From positions 74,028,001 to 74,092,000 of the forward strand of contig OX597826.1 in the NCBI GenBank assembly GCA_951406725.2: a stretch of DNA of 64,000 bases, given 5' to 3'. Positions 52,013 through 63,665 of this stretch are shown here, in pieces. Positions within the stretch are counted from its first letter, which is position 1; each line of letters begins with the position of its first letter. Source of the stretch: Octopus vulgaris (taxonomy: Eukaryota). A model generated the notes under the pieces. It saw nothing but the letters and a program-made list of their open reading frames with translations. It was not told the DNA's origin and searched no databases. A program made the translations under genes and the position numbers.

Positions 52013-52597
52013 ATATAGGACAGTGCTACAGAGTCACACAAGTATCCTTGACACATCTAAAAGAAGACTGGTCAACTCATTACCAATGGCTAACTTACTA
52101 AAAGACTACAACTATTTTGCTTATAGGTATACTGTTCCCTCTCTCTACCTATTTCTTTACTGCCCACAAGGGGGCAAACAAAGACAGACAAACAGATTAA
52201 GTCAATTATATTGACCCCCAGTGCGTAACTGGTACTTATTTAATCAACCCTGAAAGGATGAAAGGTAAAGTCGACCTTGGCACAATTTGAACTCAGAACG
52301 TAGTGTCAGATGAAATACTGCTAAGCATTTCGCCCAGTGTGTTAACGTTTCTGCCAGCTGTTTCTTCTCTCTACCTCTTATAAAAGTAAGGCAACAGCCT
52401 CTGCACTACTTACCTGCATATAACACCTAGTTTTACCTAACACAGACTTCACACTTCCTCTTGGCACCCCTCACGCTAAATAGTTTCACCCAATTCTTCC
52501 TTGCCTGTATTACATCCTAGGTTTTCTTTCTCATGTTCAAATTGGACATCTGCCTTATCAATCTCATTAATTTTCAATTAAATCACAAAATCCTTAC

Positions 52598-52808
52598 CAA
52601 TATCCAAACTAATACTGGAATCAGCAGTATAGATGTTGTCTTCTGCTTGCACTGCAGTGCCACTCGCCTCCACAATTTGATTCTGACTGTTGCTCTCTGA
52701 AAGCGTTTTTTCTTCTTCGGTTAAGACTTCCCACTTCACATCAATAGCTTCAGCATCCATCCTAAAAAGTCGTTTCACTTCTTTTTCAATATCTGGTTGT
52801 TCTGTGTA
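52598..52808 (-). CDS. TAF7: TAF7 coding exon
   Basis: tag|TAC...ATT G|gtaag, 211 nt. YTEQPDIEKEVKRLFRMDAEAIDVKWEVL... vs human YIESPDVEKEVKRLLSTDAEAVSTRWEII. Confidence 0.96.
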
Positions 52809-52896
52809 CTAAAATACAAAACAAAAATGAAATTTTTACTCTGTTTTCAATTTGCCTTTTTCAAGTTAGTAAGGATGGGCTTCTTTTTTTTTTGCA

Positions 52897-53412
52897 AACG
52901 TAAAAAGCGCTATCCAAATCGTGGCCGATGCCAGCGCCGCCTCGACTGGCTTCCGTGCTGGTGGCACGTAAAAAGCACCATCCAAATCGTGGCCGATGCC
53001 AGCGCCGCCTCGACTGGCTTCCGTGCTGGTGGCACGTAAAAAGCACCATCCAAATCGTGGCCGATGCCAGTGCCGCCTCGACTGGCTTCCGTGCCGGTGG
53101 CACGTAAAATGCACCATCCAAATCGTGGCCGATGCCAGTGTCACCTCGACTGGCTTCCGTGCTGGTGGCACGTAAAAAGCACCAATCCGATCGTGGCTGT
53201 TGCCAGCCTCGACTGGCACCTGGGCAGGTGGCACGTAAAAAGCACCCACTACACTCACGGAGTGGTTGGCGTTAGCAAGGGCATCCAGCTGTAGAAACAC
53301 TGCCAGATCAGACTGGAGCCTGGTGCAGCCTTCTGGCTTCCCAGATCCCCGGTCGAACCGTCCAACCTATGCTAGCATGGAGAACGGACGTTAAACGATG
53401 ATGATGATGATG
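52897..53412 (+). mobile_element. SINE-C with four near-identical 68-bp units
   Basis: ATCCAAATCGTGGCCGATGCCAG at 52912, 52980, 53048 and 53116. Confidence 0.92.
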
Positions 53413-54230
53413 ACATCAGTCATGGACAAACTGTGACCTGCAAGACTTCCAGGAATGGCATGCCAATGAAAAATTACCTCGAATTTTTTTTAGTAGTGTG
53501 ACTGGCCTGATTATGATCCATGTCTCAAGGAGTCTGCTTCATGGGAAATGCTGCCCATGCCAAGTGTAAATATTGCTGCAGCAGATGGTTTTAAAGCAGG
53601 TAACTAACTATGAAGTGGTGTCTATTGAAAGGGAGAGTAACTACATGGCATACAAAAAAGAGGCTACATTGACTAACTGTTGCTTGCCAACATGTTCCAG
53701 ACTTCAGCCCACAAATGTGCTGTCTTCTCTGTCTTTTCTGATATTTTCAATATGGCCTCTGCTCCTCAAAGCCGGTTAGTCTCCTCTTACTTCTACTCAA
53801 TCACTCCTGACTTGCCTCCTCCTCCAGTGACCCATATAATGTTTTTCCTCACAGGCCCTGCAGTAGCCAACGCATTCAGTCCTTCACCACTGAATGTCAG
53901 TCCTTTAGAATCCTTCCCTGCACATATTTTCTTGTAACTGTCAACTTGTAATTATTCAAAAACGTTAACTACATCAATCTCACCAATCTGTAGAAGCAAT
54001 GAACACGGCCTCTTACAACTGATCACAAAGAGAGAAACAAAAATTTTTTTTTTTTTTCTGGGGATTCAACACAATCAGGGTATGAAGATTTGAACTCTTG
54101 ATCATGTGCATCCAGTACTTATAGCTTCACAACTTCACAGACACTGTGTCTCAACACATTATTGCCATACTGTAATGTAACCTGAAGTAATTCTTCTGTT
54201 TACTAAAATACCCTTTTTTTGTTGAAAGAT

Positions 54231-54653
54231 TACTTGGCAGACACTCATAAAATTATTAACCATCTTACAAACAATAACTCTGAGCACCTTTTCAAACTCC
54301 ATCTGTCTAACACCCGTGGACATGTTTACAAAGTCAGAAAACAGCACAGCTCCCATGACTTTTGGAAACATTTTTTTATGCTAAGAGTTGCTGAAACATG
54401 GAACAAACTGCCAGCATCAGTTGTTAGTAGTCGGAGCACTGCATCCTTCAAAACTTCCATGCTTTCTGAGATTCACCAACACTTCACCTGATTTTCTCCC
54501 CTCCAGACACATGCAAGCATGTATCTGACTCATACACTGTTCACTTTCCAGACATTTGTACATTACTGCATATGCTTTATACGCACTTTCTGACAAGCTG
54601 TGGTGCACCTGAGCACTGTATACTATAATTTCACTATTATTATTATTATTATT
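54231..54653 (+). mobile_element. CR1-clade LINE 3' end (same family as 44212-44678, opposite strand)
   Basis: LADTHKIINHLTNNNSEHLFKLHLSNTRGHVYKVRKQ...RVAETWNKLPASVV; (ATT)n tail. Confidence 0.88.
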
Positions 54654-54817
54654 AAAGTGCTGGATTAATGACTGAAGGAAATGACAGTTACAATTTACAC
54701 AAATATTACACTCTAAGCAGCATCAACATGGAAGATGGAGGACGGCAAAAGAAGAAACAGAATCAAACACAAGTCCTACTTCAAATTCAAGAGAAATACA
54801 TGGGATCTTATAATTAC

Positions 54818-54876
54818 CTTCTTTTTTAACGTTTTCCGGAATCGTCTTTTTCTAACATTCTTTAAAGATGGACAAA
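54818..54876 (-). CDS. TAF7: TAF7 coding exon
   Basis: tag|TT...AAG|gtaat, 59 nt, phase 1/0. (I)CPSLKNVRKRRFRKTLKKK contains the TAF7 signature LKNVRKRRFRKT. Confidence 0.97.
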
Positions 54877-56034
54877 CTATTGGAAAAATGAATTATTCAA
54901 GAAAACATTAAAATCATACACTGAAACTAAAAATATTTTTGTATTGTAAAATTTATATTAGAATTCAATACAAGCAATTGAGGCAGTTTTACTTTAAAAA
55001 AAAACGTATCAATCGTTAATACATACAAACTGTTGATAAAAAGCACAGCGTGTCCATAAGGGATGTTATCTCAGGACAAATACTATAATAACTGGCCTAT
55101 GAACAGTGTATATACATTAAGTATGATACACAGATGACTATTTTCCATTAAATGATTTCAAATATCATAGCTAAGAGCCAAAATTATTTTTTGTCACCTA
55201 TCAACATCTGTTTCCCAAGTAAAATGGGATATTGTATATTATTACTTCCTTTAATTCTGTACCATCATAAATGACCACATCACTACTCCATCCTGGTCTT
55301 CTGCTGCTTGAAAATAGAATATATTTCGTCCGGTAGATGTCCATTCAAATGCAGACATTTCTCAGCTGATACCTTTAATGTCCAGCAATTCTGTGTATCA
55401 GACAAGCTAAAACTGCATATTCAACAGATTATGCTTAACTAATTTCCCCTTGAGCTTTCACAAATCCATATGTTCAATGCTCATCACATGTTTTATGTTT
55501 TATTCAGCTTGCTTTTCAATAAAGAAAGGAGAACTTTGTTGTCACCAGAAACAATTACTACTTGAAATTCTTCCATTACTTTCTTAGTCTAGAATTATGC
55601 TTTCACTATAACCATTTCTAACACTAATTAAGTGACATATGTAACAGAAACTATCAAGTACAACTAGCATACCACCTGGGTAGTCTAGGACTTTGTCTCA
55701 AAGTCATTCATAGAACCAGTTTTTATCAGGAGAATCTGAAGATTTGGCCAATTTGCCAGAAATTCAATTGTATCACTTGTGGTTCGCTAAAAGCACCATT
55801 CAAGCATGATGCCAGTAACACCTGACTGGCCCTCATGCTGGTGGCATGTAAAAATCACCCACAACATTCTCAGAGTAGTTGGTGTTAGGAAGGGTATCCA
55901 GCTGAAGAAACACTGCCAGATCAGACTGGAGCCTGGTGCAGCCTCCTGGCTTGCCAGCCCTCAGTCAAACCGTCCAATGCATGCCAGCATGGAAAGCGGA
56001 CGTTAAACGATGACGACGATAATGATGCAAATAT

Positions 56035-56556
56035 TGTTTGTCCCCTCTATGTTTAGCCCCTTGTGGGCAATAAAGAAATAAGAAACGTTAGCATGATGGG
56101 TGAAATGCTTAGCGGTATTTCGTCTGCTGTTATGTGCTGAGTTCAAATTCCGCTGAGGTCGACTTTGCCCTTCATCCCTTCGGGGTTGATAAATTAAGTA
56201 TCAGTTACGCACTGGGGTCAATCTAATTGACTTAATACCTTTGTCTGTCTTTGTTTGTCCCCTCTATGTTTAGCCCCCTGTGGGCAATAAAGAAATAAGA
56301 AATGTTAGCACACTGGGTGAAATGAAAAAAAATATAAAGCGGTGAGCTGGCAGAAATGTTAGCCCGCCGGGCGAAATGCTTAGCGGTATTTCATCTGCCA
56401 TTACGTTTTGAGTTCAAATTCTGCCGAGGTCTACTCTGCCCTTTGGGGTCGATAAATTAAGTACCAGTTACACACTGGGGTCGATGTAATCGACTTAATC
56501 CCTTTGTCTATCCTTGTTTCTCCCCTCTATGTTTAGTCCCCTGTGGGCAATAAAGG
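56035..56556 (+). mobile_element. Head-to-tail SINE-B multimer
   Basis: Repeated units joined via AATAAAGAAATAAGAAA(C/T)GTTAGC. Confidence 0.85.
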
Positions 56557-56581
56557 AATTAGAATCAATAAAGGGACCTAC

Positions 56582-56678
56582 TTCCATGTGGGTAATGGTA
56601 TTTCTTGTCCTTGTCTTTCTTCCGTGGACTTTCATTTTCATCTTGGCTCGTGTCATCTTCGTAAGAACAAATCAGCAA
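56582..56678 (-). CDS. TAF7: TAF7 coding exon
   Basis: cag|TTG...GGA A|gtagg, 97 nt. LLICSYEDDTSQDENESPRKKDKDKKYHYPHG; the KKDKDK..HG motif is conserved. Confidence 0.93.
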
Positions 56679-56769
56679 CTGCAAGATTTAATTCAGAAAA
56701 CATTATAAATCCAAAGATTCCATGCTTGCAGAAATAGGATGGATTTTATCAATACCACTGACTTCAGTT

Positions 56770-57064
56770 GTGGAGGTGCATGGCCTAGTGGTTAGAACAG
56801 TCGAGGGATCACGGGTTCGAATCTCAGACCAGGCGATGTGTGTTATGAGCGAAATACCTAGGCTCCACGTTACTCCGGCAGAAGGTAATGGCGAACTTCT
56901 GCTGACTCTTTTGCCACAACTTTCTCTCACTCTTTCCTCCTGCATTTTGCTGTTCACCTGCGACAGACCAGCGTTCCGTCCAGGTGGGGAACCCAAACAC
57001 CAAGGAAACCGGGAAACTGGCTCTTATGAGCCAGGCATGGCTCGAGAAGGAACAAACAAAAAAT
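56770..57064 (+). mobile_element. SINE-D
   Basis: TSD TGACTTCAGTT. Confidence 0.88.
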
Positions 57065-57599
57065 TGACTTCAGTTAACCATTCACCATGAAGTAGGTGTA
57101 AAAGATGTGAATAAACCAAATAGTTAAATATCTTATTCACTAGCTATACAGGGATATAGACAAGTTAGAATTGATGACCATGTCTAACTGTAGAAATTAA
57201 TAGCATCAATTAAAAATTAAATTACAAAGATTTATGAAAATTTAAAGATCATTAGAGTTACATGAATCAGTGGTTAATTTCAGCTGATAGTAATAGAGTT
57301 AAAACTGCAGATAATGATGAGTTCATATAAATACCTCATCATCACTGTTAAGTTTTTTCCTGTTCATCATTCTGTGATGTACCTGGACACATCATCAGTG
57401 ATGCTTTTGGGGTGTCATTAGGTATTTTGGGTCTTTTCAACATCAGACACCCAGCTGGGGTTGATCAACCTCCATTTAGCACTACCCTTAGCCCCTGTGC
57501 TATCTTAAAGCATGGGCTCACTGTACAGTTGCCCAGGGACCTTACAGATCTTGGGGCCCAATGTACTGATTCAGCTGGGGACTTATAAATGCTACTAAG

Positions 57600-57815
57600 A
57601 TGGCCTGGCTACCCCTGGTAGCACAACCTCTTCTAGGGCTTGCACATCCTGATCTACAGCCACTTTGAAGCAAACTCTTCTGCCTCCACAGTCAACCTGG
57701 TGAACTTCTGCTTACTAGCTCCAGTGATGCCAAGTATGCTGCAAGTTCTGTAGGGAGGGACTAGCCTATAAACCCTATGCATCCCACCTCAATGGGATCA
57801 CCCTTGCTTGCCAAA
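57600..57815 (-). mobile_element. HERO-like (restriction-endonuclease) non-LTR retrotransposon C-terminal remnant
   Basis: DPIEVGCIGFIG*SL, then after a frameshift CSILGITGASKQK...AEEFASKWL*IR; resembles the PxEVGCRGF...ASRWLW end of HERO ORFs. Confidence 0.65.
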
Positions 57816-58159
57816 CTACTTAACTAAAATTATTCAAAGGTCCAAATGAGTAGAAATTAGTTGAAGTAAGGGAGCTAAGAATGAATTACAGGTACAATAC
57901 ATATGAGAGGCTTCTATAGTTTCCATCCACTCAAATTCATTCACAGGGCTTAGGTTGACATGCAGCTATGGCAAAGACATTGGCCCAAAATGCCACAGAC
58001 TTGGATTAAACCATATTTCCTTGACCCTTTCTACCTTTTCCTGTAGAGAATAGGCTCATCTGAATCATTTGTAAGGATCAGATGCCTTCGTATCTTTTCC
58101 ATTCATTCGTTACATGTTGATAAGTATAAGTACAAAGATCTGTATAAAAATTACACATA

Positions 58160-58538
58160 GGCGCAGGAGTGGCTGTGTGGTAAGTAGCTTGCTAACCAAC
58201 CACATGGTTCCGGGTTCAGTCCCACTGCGTGGCATCTTGGGCAAGTGTCTTCTGCTATAGCCCCGGGCCGACCAATGCCTTGTGAGTGGATTTGGTAGAC
58301 GGAAACTGAAAGAAGCCTGTTGTATTATATGTGTATGTGTTTGTCTCCCTAGCATTGCTTGACAACCGATGCTGGTGTGTTTACGTCCCCGTCACTTAGC
58401 GGTTCGGCAAAAGAGACCGATAGAATAAGTACTGGGCTTACAAAAGAATAAGTCCCAGGGTCGATTTGTCGACTAAAAGACGGTGCTCCAGCATGGCCGC
58501 AGTCAAATGACTGAAACAAGTAAAAGAGTAAAAGAGAG
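58160..58538 (+). mobile_element. SINE-A, young subfamily
   Basis: Same diagnostics as 51592-52012. Confidence 0.9.
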
Positions 58539-58694
58539 AATCTAGTAACACAGACACATGAAACACAAGTGGCAGCCAGTGCATTCTGAAAAGCTGGGCA
58601 TTGTGGGTGATCGTTGGGGTAGGGTTTTGCAGTACAAACAGGATCTTTGACCAATGTTATCACAGACCAATTTGTGATAAGTATAACATGGCTT

Positions 58695-59000
58695 GTGGAG
58701 GCACATGGCCTAGTGGCTAGAGCAGCAGACTCGCGGTCAAGGGATCGCAGGTTCGAATCTCAGACCGGGCGATGTGTATGCTTATGAGTGAAACCCCTAA
58801 GCACCATGCGGCTCCGGCAGAAGGAAGTAGCGAACTTCTGCTGACTCTTTTGCCACAACTTTCTCTCATTCTTTCCTCCTGCATCTTGCAGCTCACCTGC
58901 GACGGACCGGCGCCTCGTCCAAGTGGGGAATCTATATGCCAAGGAAACCAGGAAACCGGCCCTTATGAGCCAGGCATGGCTCGAGACGAAACAAACAGAA
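58695..59000 (+). mobile_element. SINE-D: tRNA-Arg-derived head with V-SINE-like segment
   Basis: TGGCCTAGTGG...GACTCGCGGTC...GGTTCGAATC; CCTGCGACGGACCGGCG; TSD ATAACATGGCT. Confidence 0.88.
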
Positions 59001-59263
59001 AAAATAACATGGCTCACAACTGAGTGTACCTTGTTATCCCAGGTCATCGATGAATGAATCTGTGATAAATGTGGCTACATGTATATTTTTGATAAAAAAA
59101 CGGAAATTTGTTGAAAAAGATATTGTATTTAACAAGAGTCATTACTGACAGTTATTAAACATTAAGTCACAAATCTCTTGCCAAAAGACCTAAAAGAAAG
59201 AAATAATTAAAAATAAACTTATATTCACATTCTAAAATGGAAAATGAAAACCATCGCTCTTAC

Positions 59264-59344
59264 TTGCATAACATCAGCTATTTTGTAGAATGTCTTCCGG
59301 TCCACAGTCTTCAGGGTTTCCATCATACATGGTGAGTCCATTAA
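59264..59344 (-). CDS. TAF7: TAF7 coding exon
   Basis: tag|TTA...CAA|gtaag, 81 nt. LMDSPCMMETLKTVDRKTFYKIADVMQ vs human [27 protein letters not shown]. Confidence 0.96.
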
Positions 59345-59452
59345 CTAGAAAGAAAGAAACAGTTAGAGGTGGATGATTCCTTACAAGAAATAAAATTCAA
59401 AGCTAACGGCTCAATAAGTTTAGCAACTGAAATAATTTAATCATTAACTGTA

Positions 59453-59633
59453 GGCGCAGGAGTGGCTGTGTGGTAAGAAGCTTGCTTACCAACCACATGG
59501 TTCCAGGTTCAGTCCCACTGTGTGACACCTTGGGCAAGTGTCTTCTACTATAGCCTCAGGCTGACCAAAGCCTTGTGAGTGGATTTGCTAGACGGAAACT
59601 GAAAGAAGCCCATCGTATATATGTATATATATA

Positions 59634-59712
<79 letters not shown>

Positions 59713-59915
59713 ATTTGTCTGTGTTTGTTCCCCCCCAACATTGCTTGACAACTGATGCCGGAGTGTTTACATCCCCGTAACTTAGCAGTTTGGCAAAAGA
59801 GACTGATAGATTAAGTATTAGGTTCACAAAGAATAAGTCCTGGGGTCGATTTGCTCGACTAAAGGCGGTGCTCCAGCATGGCTGCAGTCAAATGACTGAA
59901 ACAAGTAAAAGAGTA
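59453..59915 (+). mobile_element. SINE-A with long (TA)n(TG)n
   Basis: Full-length homology. Confidence 0.9.
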
Positions 59916-60427
59916 ACTGATGTTCATGGTTTCTTTCTAATTTCAAAATCTCATAGAACTAATTAATATTTCCTACATACAGTGTTTGTCAAAAATCAAT
60001 ACTAAATTAATAATATTCTAAATTCAGATATGAATACATGTTTCTGTTGCTATAAATCATAAAACTAAATTAATATTATCTAAAGTATATTTTTGAGTCC
60101 TTCCTCCTCAGAACTGCAGCCCTCTGGAATTATCTCCCTGTCTACATTTCAGCTGCAGTTGTTTAAGAGATATCTCAATCACATATCTTGGAGGGCCTAT
60201 GAAGGCTATGAACATAGCATCCACATCTAGAGCAAACCAGAAAAAGCAAACTTTTCTTTCTTTCATCTGCAAAATTTGTAATAATTTTGGCCAGAAATGT
60301 TAAGCCTAGTACAGCTTTGAATTAAATAATGAACAGACTTTTGCTAAGTAATAAGATTTCCTTCTTACTTTAATAGATTCCAAAAAGTTACTCCTGTGAT
60401 CAGATTTTGTGCTGAATTTGATGGAAA

Positions 60428-60579
60428 GTTAGTTAGTTAGTTAATTTTTTTGGCTCAAAAAGCAAAAAAACAAAGCTATGTAGGGGGACATGGAGTTATG
60501 TACAGGGTGGTGTTCATGTAAAGAGTTCAGGCCACTTGTGGTCAAGGGAGACTTTGAACCGAGCGGTCATCGGCATCTT
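60428..60579 (-). mobile_element. Short 3' copy of the (TAAC)n-tailed CR1-like family
   Basis: Near-identical to 42251-42397. Confidence 0.85.
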
Positions 60580-60941
60580 AATTTACAAAATCAATTTCTC
60601 GTTAGTTATTTCAAACGAACTAAATTTTGTTAATCCTTTTTGTTCACACAAAATTAAAAGGTAACAATTTGCATTATTTGTAGCATTTTTATTTCATTAC
60701 CTGGCCAAGCTGGATTGAAAATCTTAGAAAAGAAATTAGCCAACCACTTCACAGTGTGTGCTGGGTGTTTTTTATGTGGTGCTGGGTGCTTGTTATGTGG
60801 TACTGGTACCAGTGAAGTCACTAAGTAACTCACAAGGTAAGACTGCTCACCTGAAGGGGTTGTAGTATTAAAAGTATGATCAAAGGACAAAATCATGTCT
60901 TGCTGTAGAGGAGAAACATGGCTAAAATTTAAAAAGTAGAT

Positions 60942-61170
60942 TTAACCCTTTCGTTACTGTATCTATTTTGAGATACTCTGTGTTTCTTTCAATTACATTA
61001 AATATAACAAAGAATTTAGTAAAATAATTTAGTTATCATTCAGCTAGTGTTAGGAACATAAATTGTGACTAAGGTTTGGTGGAAGATTTTAATTCAAAAT
61101 TTATGAAAACAAGACATTTTTCCTACGGAGCCAGAGGCGGTTTCAGCTGGGTTGGTACCAAAAGGGTTAA
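60942..61170 (+). mobile_element. TTAA MITE family 1
   Basis: TTAACCCTTTCG...AAAGGGTTAA. Confidence 0.88.
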
Positions 61171-61294
61171 AGAATCAATTTACATATGATAAAATATATA
61201 TCAAAATCTTCTTTATCTCAACTGAATGTTTTCCTAAATGTATTAACTTCTTGTTGTAAATATGAATTAAAGTTAAAATGTTATAAATACAAAC

Positions 61295-61426
61295 CTTAGC
61301 AGAGAACACTTCACTACCATAACGCACGATGCCATGTCGAAGATCATTTTGAACTTCAATACTCAATTTGTCTTTCAAAGAAACAGCTCCTGTTTGAACA
61401 TCTTGACGAAGTGCAGCAGCAGGACC
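61295..61426 (-). CDS. TAF7: TAF7 (TFIID subunit 7), first in-window coding exon
   Basis: cag|GGT...AAG|gtttg, 132 nt, phase 0/0. Encodes GPAAALRQDVQTGAVSLKDKLSIEVQNDLRHGIVRYGSEVFSAK, matching the TAFII55 N-terminal domain (human ...VQSGHVNLKDRLTIELHPDGRHGIVRV...). Confidence 0.95.
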
Positions 61427-61768
61427 CTGGTCATAACAATAAACACCTCAAGAATTAGTATTTTCATCAACAGAGATATTTGAAAATTTCTTTGCTTCAT
61501 TTTAAACTTTTTGTTAGTGAATTTTAATTCTGTTATGTAAGCCTTAATTTGAAACAGACAAGCATTAGGCTCTTGGCCACAGGTTGCAAAATAATGCATG
61601 CTCTTTGGGCACACCCTTTGAGAAATAGAACAAATCAATTATATATATGTATATTCATGGTCTATTATATATGTATATAATCAAATATATATATCATCAT
61701 CATCATCATCATCGTTTAACGTCCGTTCTCCATGCTAGCATGGGTTGGACGGGGTATATATATGTATA

Positions 61769-62000
61769 TTCATGGTCATATTATGAGGAGAAAATCCCTG
61801 AAGGACATCATGCTTGGAATGGTCAGTGGCAAGAAAGGAAGAGGCCGACCAAGAACCCGCTGGCTTGACACCATCAAGAGTGACACCGGAATGGACATAG
61901 CCAGTCTGAAAGAAGCGGCCCAGGATAGAACTGACTGGAGGACACTGATCCATCGAGTAATCGAGATTCGACTTCGACTGAGTGGATAGATAGAGATAGA
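61769..62000 (+). mobile_element. RTE-clade LINE 3' end
   Basis: GHIMRR...MVSGKKGRGRPRTRWLDTIKSDTG...AAQDRTDWRTLIHRV...* followed by a (GATA)n-like tail. Confidence 0.88.
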
Positions 62001-62009
62001 GATATTTAT

Positions 62010-62702
62010 GGTCTACACATGCATTGAGACTCAAGGAAGAATCTCTGATAATGCTGCTTTGGAATCTGGAACCACAGGGACTCTGTAATGGCACACGACT
62101 GGTTGTAAAAAAAAAAAATCTACCCCATGTCATTGAAGTGACCGTTTTAATGGGATGTGGACAAGGGAACAGCATATTCATTCCAAGAATTCCCCCTCAT
62201 TCCATCAGGAGCGGACATTCCCTTTTCATTTCAGAGACTCTAATTCCCAATCCGTGTCAGCTTTGCAATGTCCATCAACAAGTTCCAAGGCCAAACTCTA
62301 TCTGTGGCTGGCCTTCTTTTGGAAGAGTCACGTTTTTCACATGGATGGAGAACTGTATGTTGGCTGTTCAAGAGTGGGGAGCATGATGGACCTTTTTGCC
62401 TTTGCCAAAAACGGGAAAACACGGAACATTGTGTAGAAGGAGGTGCTGCAATCGCAGCAACAAAGAGAAAAAGGGTCAGTGCTTCCTGTTTCTTGAACAT
62501 TCGTATTACAATTGTTCATCGCTGCATGCCTATCATTTGACATTTTAGATAAAGGGACAAGAGGGCATAGCCTCGATTGGTTGAGAAAAGAAGACACTGC
62601 TTCACGGTCTACTTTCCGGACCACAGACGATAGGGATAGACTCGATACCAAAGACTGTAGGGGTAGACTCGATCACGGGCAATGCCAGGATTTATATACT
62701 AT
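62010..62702 (+). mobile_element. Helitron 3' fragment with frameshifted PIF1-family helicase C-terminus
   Basis: LRLKEESLIMLLWNLEPQGLCNGTRLVV, IFIPRIP, MSINKFQGQTL and ELYVGCSRVG...TRNIV are spread over three frames; decayed terminal hairpin CACGGGCAATGCCAGG near 62674-62689. Confidence 0.9.
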
Positions 62703-62793
62703 ATCTATATAGTTATTGTAATTTCAGTTCATTTAGGATCACGGTGTATTTTTTTTTTTGCCATGAAATTTTAGCAATAACGATGCATAATAG

Positions 62794-63197
62794 GCGCAGG
62801 AGTGGCTGTTGTGGTAAGTAGCTTGCTAACCAACCACATGGTTCCGGGTTCAGTCCCACTGCGTGGCATCTTGGGCAAGTGTCTTCTGCTATAGCCCCGG
62901 GCCGACCAATGCCTTGTGAGTGGATTTGGTAGACGGAAACTGCAAGAAGCCTGTCGTATATATGTATATATATATATATGTGTGTGTGTGTGTTTGTGTG
63001 TCTGTGTTTGTCCCCCTAGCATTGCTTGACAACCGATGCTGGTGTGTTTACGTCCCCGTCACTTAGCGGTTCGGCAAAAAGAGACCGATAGAATAAGTAC
63101 TGGGCTAACAAAGAATAAGTCCCGGGGTCGATTAGCTCGACTAAAGGCGGTGCTCCAGCATGGCCGCAGTCAAATGACTGAAACAGGTAAAAGAGAG
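62794..63197 (+). mobile_element. SINE-A, young subfamily
   Basis: Same diagnostics as 51592-52012; CpGs retained. Confidence 0.9.
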
Positions 63198-63444
63198 GAT
63201 AATGCAAAAGAATATATTTATGTTATCCCCAAAACTCTTCAGGTGGAGCTGGCTGGAGTGACAATTCTTTAGGTGGTTATTCTAAATCGACGATTCTTCA
63301 GGTAATACGAAATGAGAAAACATGTTGAAGATTACATCAATAAAACCAACGGTATATCGACTGGAAACATAAAGTGGGGAAAATACCAAAACCGGTGCCC
63401 GAAATAAAAAAGTAAACACCGGCGTCAAAATACATACTTTAATC

Positions 63445-63665
63445 GTAACTGGTCCTCCGTCGGTTACGACGACGAGTGTTCCAGTTGATCCCGATCAACG
63501 GAGCAGCCTGCTCGTGAAATTAAAGTGCAAGTGGCTGAGTACTCCACAGACAGTGCAATGCAGAATGTGACAAGGTTGGCCCCTTTGAATTACAGGTACA
63601 ACTCGCTTTTACCAGCCGAGTGGACTGGAGCAATGTGAAATAAAGTGTCTTGCTCAAGGATACAA
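63445..63665 (-). mobile_element. SINE-F 3' part (tail shared with SINE-E)
   Basis: CCGTCGGTTACGACGACGAG...AAGTGTCTTGCTCAAGG; related copy at about 13243-13822. Confidence 0.75.

Noticed and set aside
52897-53230. CRISPR-like look: short hairpin repeat separated by 35-50-nt spacers
   Set aside because: The spacers are homologous to each other, the array is internal to a dispersed eukaryotic SINE, and there are no cas genes.
61375-61638. 87-aa minus-strand ORF overlapping the TAF7 exon
   Set aside because: It is out of frame with the TAF7 homology, which starts at the cag acceptor at 61427; no recognisable domain.
63430-63452. Possible TAF7 first exon end (minus strand LRL followed by gtatgt)
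   Set aside because: Phase does not match, the upstream ESQFI-like residues are missing, and it runs into a SINE tail.
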